Source: Salpingoeca rosetta
Lineage: Eukaryota > Protista > Choanoflagellata
Assembly: GCA_033442325.1 (NCBI GenBank)
Contig: JAWQFM010000007.1
Location: 1 to 5,304, forward strand
Direction: 5' to 3'
Length of the DNA stretch: 5,304 nucleotides
A program made the translations under genes and the position numbers. Shown here piece by piece: positions 1-5,304 of this stretch; position 1 is the first letter of the stretch; each line of letters starts with the position of its first letter. The notes beneath the pieces are model-generated. The model was not told where the DNA came from, searched no databases, and saw nothing but the letters and a program-made list of their open reading frames with translations.

Positions 1-207
1 CCCTCCACCCAGGCTCACGCCACAGGCTTCCACGGCTTGTTCAAAAGATTGCTCTCACGCAAACACCTCCACGCCCACCTACTTGTGTGTGGCTACATGT
101 AGTTTTGAGACGCAACAAGCACGAATGCTCGCTTCGCTCGCTCTCTTCCACACACAGCGGAGTATAGGTACGACGCTTGAGCGCCATCCATTTTCAGGGC
201 TAGTTGA

Positions 208-241
<34 letters not shown>

Positions 242-483
242 ATTCCGACTTCCATGGCCACCGTCCTGCTGTCTATATCAACCAACACCTTTTGTGGGTT
301 CTCATGAGCGTCGATTCCGGCACCCTAACTCCGCGTTCGGTTCATCCCGCATCGCCAGTTCTGCTTACCAAAAATGGCCCACTTGAGACTCGGTTATTCA
401 GCATTGCCCGCTTCATAAACAAAGAAAGCGCGCCGCCTTACCCATTTAAAGTTTGAGAATAGGTTGAGGGAAGTGGCTCCCCC

Positions 484-514
<31 letters not shown>

Positions 515-1469
515 AACTAACCAAAAGATCATAATATAAGTCTCAGCTATCCTGAGGGAAACTTCGGTGGGAACCAGCTACTAGATGGTTCGATGAGTCT
601 TTCGCCCCTATACCCAAGTTCGACGACAGATTTGCACGTCATGATCGCTACGAGCCTCCACCAGAGTTTCCTCTGGCTTCGCCCTACTCAGGCATAGTTC
701 ACCATCTATCGGGTCCTAACATCTGCGCTAAAACGCAAATCCTTCAGCGGAGGAGGGTGGAGCCACACAAAAGTGCTTTTCCCCCCTCCCCCAATCCAGA
801 TCGGTCGATGGTGCTGCGAGTCCTGCTGTTAAAAGTGTACTCACGCACACTTCCCAACACTGCATCCCACCTCTCACTTTCATTGCGCGCCCTAGCTTCA
901 TGCTCGCTAAAACACTCGCGCACATGTTAGACTCCTTGGTCCGTGTTTCAAGACGGGCCGTTTGCAGCCCTGTCGCCAGCATCTCCCCGGTGGTGTGCGC
1001 CAAGCGGCAAGCGCAACATTCCCAACACCGCCCGCACACACTCTGTCAACAGCACAAGAGAACGAGTCTCCCGTGCCAAAACAAGAGTCTGCGCAACACA
1101 ATGCCGAGAACAGCACCCATGCCAAAGACCACATAACAAAGCCACCGCATCGATAATTTCCTCAGTCCCGCGTGCGACAGAAACATAAAAAGCAGATGCG
1201 CCACGCACAAGGGCGCCCTCGCATCGCCGTCTCTCACACACAAAACTCATGCTGGCAGACACGCCCCGCGAGTGCAGGCAGCGCAGCACACAACAACAGC
1301 AACGCAGCGGCGCACATGTGCAACAAGTACACACAATACACCCCCCGCACCACTGTTATGCACAACACCAACCCTGATCACAAGGCGCGCCCAGTCTCTG
1401 CTAGCTGCAAGCGATTCTCTGTCAACGGTTTCACGTACTGTTTAACTCTCTTTTCAAAGTGCTTTTCAT

Positions 1470-1503
<34 letters not shown>

Positions 1504-1825
1504 GTGCCAGTATTTAGCCTTGGATGCAGTTTACCACCCGGCTTTGGGCTGCATTCCCAAACAACCCGACTCAAGAGAATAAACGGACCACACACCGCAC
1601 ATCAGCGCAAATAATGTAGCACCAACGGGACTCTCACCCTCTCCGGTGTCCTCTTCCAAGGAAACTCGGTGCTGCGCCAAACAACAATGCACATTGCGAA
1701 CAACCTGCACCATCACAAAGACATGCGACGGCCCGCATCCCATAAAGACTACAACTCGCCACAATACAATGAAAATTGTGGAGATTCCAATGCTTGAGCT
1801 CTTCCCGCTTCACTCGCCGTTACTG

Positions 1826-1859
<34 letters not shown>

Positions 1860-1907
1860 GTGATATGCTTAAGTTCAGGGGGTACCCTTTGCCTGACCTG
1901 AGGTCAA
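1..1907 (-). rRNA. 28S (LSU) rRNA, 5' portion (D1 to about D6/D7), truncated by window edge
   Basis: Minus strand begins TTGACCTCAGGTCAGG...CTGAACTTAAGCATATC; exact matches on the plus strand to standard LSU reverse primers NL4/LR3 (GGTCCGTGTTTCAAGACGG, 938-956), LR5 (TCCTGAGGGAAACTTCG, 550-566) and LR6 (CGCCAGTTCTGCTTACC, 353-369). Confidence 0.99.
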
Positions 1908-2778
1908 CAATGAGAAATGAGTAGAGGGGGAAGGGTTTGAGAGTGAGAGAAGCGGAGTGGTGTAAATGGATGGATGCAGTCGTTTGTGCGCATACACTGC
2001 AACAAGTGCAGTGCTGTGCACACTAAACAGTGCTCCGTCCATCACTCATCCAGCTTTCCTCTCTCTCTCATTCGTTCCCTCTCTTCTTCATCAGTGTTTT
2101 TGCTCACATGACCAGTGTCACAAAAGCCACATAAAGATGCAAGCACACAAGTGCACATGCCTCTTCACACACACACACAGCATACACACGTTGCAGAACA
2201 ACGATGCCAGTTGACACATCGCTCCACAGCTTTGTTGTATACTGCTGCATATGCAGATACAGCATGCGTGTGCTTGCCGTGGTCTCGCAACAACGGCACC
2301 CACACAGCGACAGTGAGTGATGACAACAGTATGAGAATAGAGAATGGGATGTGTGTGAGGTGTGAATCACATCAACAACAACAACACAGCGCACAAGGCA
2401 TCGTATCATCGTGCAATGCAATCCACATGCTCACACACAAACACCCACTCCTTCTTCGTCACAGTCACTATCACCATCATCATCGCAATGGAGTCGTAAG
2501 CTCTCCTCTTCAGAGTCCAGTCTCACACAATACACACAGCAAAAATGTGTGTGCACCGCATCGACTAACACCCCATGGCCACCAACAATGCACAGTGCAA
2601 TAATGGGATATGAGTGCATGACGCATGGGCGCTTCTTCATACTGCTACACAACAAACAAACACCACACCAACAAAGGTGCGCTGCTGCTGCTGCTGCATA
2701 GTTGCAGTAATCAAATACACCCACACATACTCACACCCTCATAAGCACACAAAAACGCATTGTCAATGAGATTGAGTG
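1908..2778 (-). other. Internal transcribed spacer 2 (ITS2), ~870 nt
   Basis: Variable sequence, GT-rich on the transcribed strand, between the 5.8S 3' end (CCTGAGTGTC) and the 28S 5' end (GACCTCAGG); these two flanks are complementary, as expected for the 5.8S-28S proximal stem. Confidence 0.95.
2681..2697. repeat. (GCT)5 microsatellite in ITS2
   Basis: gctgctgctgctgctgc, read directly. Confidence 0.85.
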
Positions 2779-2964
2779 GCGACACTCAGGCAGACATGCC
2801 CGCACGCACAGACACGCACACAATGGCGCATGCCCACACACACAGGCGCAATGTGCGTTCGAAGATTCAATGATTCACGGAATTCTGCAATTCACACTAC
2901 ATTTCGCGTCTTGCCACGTTCTTCATCGATGCACGAGCCAAGAGATCCACCGTTGAAAGTTGTC
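2779..2964 (-). rRNA. 5.8S rRNA (enlarged, ~185 nt)
   Basis: Minus strand: ACAACTTTCAACGGTGGATCTCTTGGCTC...GCATCGATGAAGAACG...GTGAATTGCAGAATTCCGTGAATCATTGAATCTTCGAACGCACATTGCGCC...GGCATGTCTGCCTGAGTGTC. Ends approximate by a few nt. Confidence 0.97.
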
Positions 2965-3490
2965 TCATGGTTATTAATTTGGTTGTGTTGAATGAGATGT
3001 TGAGATTGAAGTGAGAGTGGTTGCAGTGCATGTGAATGTGTGTGTAATCCAACGCACAATGTTTGTTGTCACACAACACGCATCACAACACACTCTCTCT
3101 CGCCCTCTTTCTCTCACTCACTGGTTTGTGGTTATTATGTATGTACGTATGTCCACAGCACAGCACACATCTTTTGGTTGTTGTTGCTGCAGTACGCATG
3201 CTTTCGCCCACACTGTCATGTGTGTGCAATCGCAGCCGCTGCCACAACAACAATCCAAACACACGCTTGCTTGCCGTGTTCATTTCTTCTTCTTTGCACG
3301 AGGCAAACAATGTAACATCGCACACGCACACAAGCACTGCCATCGCAATGCAACACACACAATATGCGTGCTCCACTGCGACACTCACAATGCTCATGCA
3401 CGCATGCACATGCTTTTGCTTTGTTTTGTCTTCATTCACACAATGCTCACTCCCACACACAAAAGCGTGTGAGAGCGATTTGGCCAGTTG

Positions 3491-3528
3491 GTTGGCTCAG
3501 TTGGCTCGGTTGGCTCAGTTGGCTCAGT
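3491..3528. repeat. 9-bp tandem repeat (GTTGGCTCR)x4 in ITS1
   Basis: gttggctca gttggctcg gttggctca gttggctca gt, read directly. Confidence 0.95.
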
Positions 3529-3540
3529 CAAGTGTCTCTA

Positions 3541-3584
3541 CCTTCCCTCACCATCCGTCACCAATTTTCACCATCCCTCACCAA
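3541..3584. repeat. Degenerate 10-bp tandem repeat (consensus CCATCCCTCA)x4 in ITS1
   Basis: ccttccctca ccatccgtca ccaattttca ccatccctca ccaa; TCACCA recurs every 10 nt. Confidence 0.85.
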
Positions 3585-3611
3585 CCACGCTTTTCAGCGT
3601 TTTCCTTGTTG

Positions 3612-3612
3612 G

Positions 3613-3669
<57 letters not shown>

Positions 3670-3762
3670 AATGATCAAGTTTGACCAGGTTCTCAGCAAA
3701 GAAACACATGGGCAGCTGTTGCCAGCGCCCACGCGCCAATCCCGAGGCCTCACTAAACCATT

Positions 3763-3808
<46 letters not shown>

Positions 3809-4341
3809 ATCAACGCAATCTGTTGAATTGCGCTTACTAGGAATTCCTCGTTCAAGATGAATAATTGCAAGCATCTATCCCCAGCACGACGGGTTTTCAC
3901 AAGAGTCCCCACGCCTTCCAGCGCAGGAATAGATGTTCATGAATGCAGAAAGCACAAGACTTTCCCCACCACAAACACCCAAAGCATACTCGCTGCCCCC
4001 GTCAGTGTAGCGCGCGTGCAGCCCAGAACATCTAAGGGCATCACAGACCTGTTATCGCCTCAAACTTCCTTCGGCTTACGCTCAATAGCAACGCCGAGTG
4101 TCCCTCTGAGTGGTGTATCAAAAGACACGCTTGCGCGTAATCTCCAACGCCTGCTGACGCAGGCGCACACCAATCAGCAAGTCAAGGTCTCGCCGTTTAC
4201 CGTAATCAAACAGAGATTTCACAACAAAAGCTGGACGGCCATGCACCACCTCCCTTGGAATCAAGAAAGAGCTGTCAATCTGTCAATCCTTCCCATGTCT
4301 GGACCTGGTGAGTTTCCCCGTGTTGAGTCAAATTAAGCCGC

Positions 4342-4388
<47 letters not shown>

Positions 4389-5304
4389 ATCTTGCGATCA
4401 TACTCCCCCCGGAACCCAAACGCTTTGGTTTCCCTAAAGGTCCCGATGGCGCCACCACTTGATAAAAGTTTGTGCTGCCCACCGAGCCCTGGCCGGCATC
4501 GTTTATGGTTAAGACTACGACGGTATCTAATCGTCTTCGATCCCCTAACTTTCGTTCTTGATCAATGAAAGCGTCCTTGGCAAATGCTTTCGCAGTCGGC
4601 GGTCTTTCGTAAATCCAAGAATTTCACCTCTGACAACGAAATACCAGTGCCCCCAACCGTCCCTATTAATCATTACTTCAGACCCGATGTGGTGAGGGAG
4701 GAACAAGAAAACCTTGCGGTTTCTCACTCCACACACCCCGCACCACACGCCAACAGTACAGGCCCAAAAGTCCTCTTCCGTTGTTCCATGCTAATCTATT
4801 CAAGCAAATCAAATGACTGCCTGCTTTGAACACTCTAATTTTTTCAAAGTAAAGCCCCCAACAGCGCCCCACCACTACGTGACTTGACACACACCCAATC
4901 AAGGGCACGCGCCAAAGGCGCCACCAGGGAATATTAAAACTGCAGAGTGCAACAGTGAGAGGTGGAGGCGAAACAGTGTCTCACCCCCACCACACACCGT
5001 GAACCCCGCATGAAATCCAACTACGAGCTTTTTAACTGCAACAACTTTAGTATACGCTTTTGGAGCTGGAATTACCGCGGCTGCTGGCACCAGACTTGCC
5101 CTCCAATTGTTCCTTGATAAGGTCTTTACATTGTTCTCATTCCAATGCACAGTGTATAAAAACACCGTGCATTGGTATTTATTGTCACTACCTCCCTGTG
5201 TCAGGATTGGGTAATTTGCGCGCCTGCTGCCTTTCCTTGGAAGTGGTAGCCGTCTCTCAGGCTCCCTCTCCGGAATCGAACCAAATGTTCCCCGTCACCC
5301 CGTT
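3612..5304 (-). rRNA. 18S (SSU) rRNA, partial (5' end outside window)
   Basis: Minus strand carries universal eukaryotic SSU motifs: GTGCCAGCAGCCGCGGTAATTCC (~5068-5090), AAACTTAAAGGAATTGACGG (~4367-4386), TTGTACACACCGCCCGTC (~3776-3795) and the terminal GTAACAAGGTTTCCGTAGGTGAACCTGCGGAAGGATCATT ending at ~3613. 3' boundary +/-1-2 nt. Confidence 0.99.

Larger units (their letters stand above)
2965..3611 (-). other. Internal transcribed spacer 1 (ITS1), ~650 nt
   Basis: Non-conserved low-complexity sequence between the 18S 3' end (GGATCATT) and the 5.8S start (ACAACTTTCAACGGTGGATCTCTTGG). Confidence 0.95.

Noticed and set aside
204-1924. ORFs over 28S (e.g. 204..386 ending SSRIASSAYQKWPT; 1172..1582; 728..1039)
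   Set aside because: Sense or antisense translations of conserved rRNA, a well-known source of spurious protein annotations; any database similarity would reflect rRNA conservation.
3491-3584. ITS1 arrays as a CRISPR array or telomeric repeat
   Set aside because: Units are 9-10 bp with no unique spacers, only four copies, and lie inside a eukaryotic transcribed spacer.
1966-3684. His/Thr/Gln-rich and Cys/Val-rich ORFs up to 184 aa in ITS1/ITS2
   Set aside because: The amino-acid bias follows directly from CA/GT repeats that lack stop codons; ORFs overlap in all frames and show no recognisable domain.
3635-5165. ORFs over 18S (e.g. 3857..4336, 4899..5165)
   Set aside because: Incidental frames within SSU rRNA.
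5230-5304. Apparent single-base insertions in conserved 18S motifs (GGAAAGGCAGC vs GGAAGGCAGC; ACGGGGTGAC vs ACGGGTRAC; one extra base near 5283-5287)
   Set aside because: All are in or beside homopolymers and cluster in the last ~75 nt, consistent with low-quality read or contig-end errors; needs raw reads before interpretation.
1-5304. Group I introns, homing endonucleases or R1/R2 retroelements
   Set aside because: Conserved core motifs run contiguously, all insertions are short and at known variable regions, and the R1/R2 target sites lie further 3' in 28S, outside the window.
1-5304. rDNA pseudogene
   Set aside because: Substitutions in conserved helices are compensatory (1855/1879, 5.8S stems, h35-h37, GCGAU/GUCGU at 621-648) and universal motifs are intact.

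Overview
The window is part of a eukaryotic nuclear rDNA transcription unit on the minus strand: partial 18S (5304 to ~3612, 5' end missing), ITS1 (~650 nt), an enlarged 5.8S (~185 nt), ITS2 (~870 nt) and the 5' ~1.9 kb of 28S (~1907 to 1, truncated). No protein-coding gene is supported; all listed ORFs are incidental frames over rRNA or low-complexity spacers. The unit is divergent, with many GU-rich hairpin expansions and several compensatory base changes that suggest a functional copy. An opisthokont, possibly choanoflagellate-like, source is a weak inference. The most unusual observations are a bacterial-16S-like stretch in the normally near-invariant 18S helix 35/36 region, two different 4-copy tandem arrays in ITS1 that can pair module-for-module, and a 22-bp half-wobble hairpin in 5.8S. 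All pairings were worked out by hand and all reference sequences recalled from memory; no search or folding program was run.
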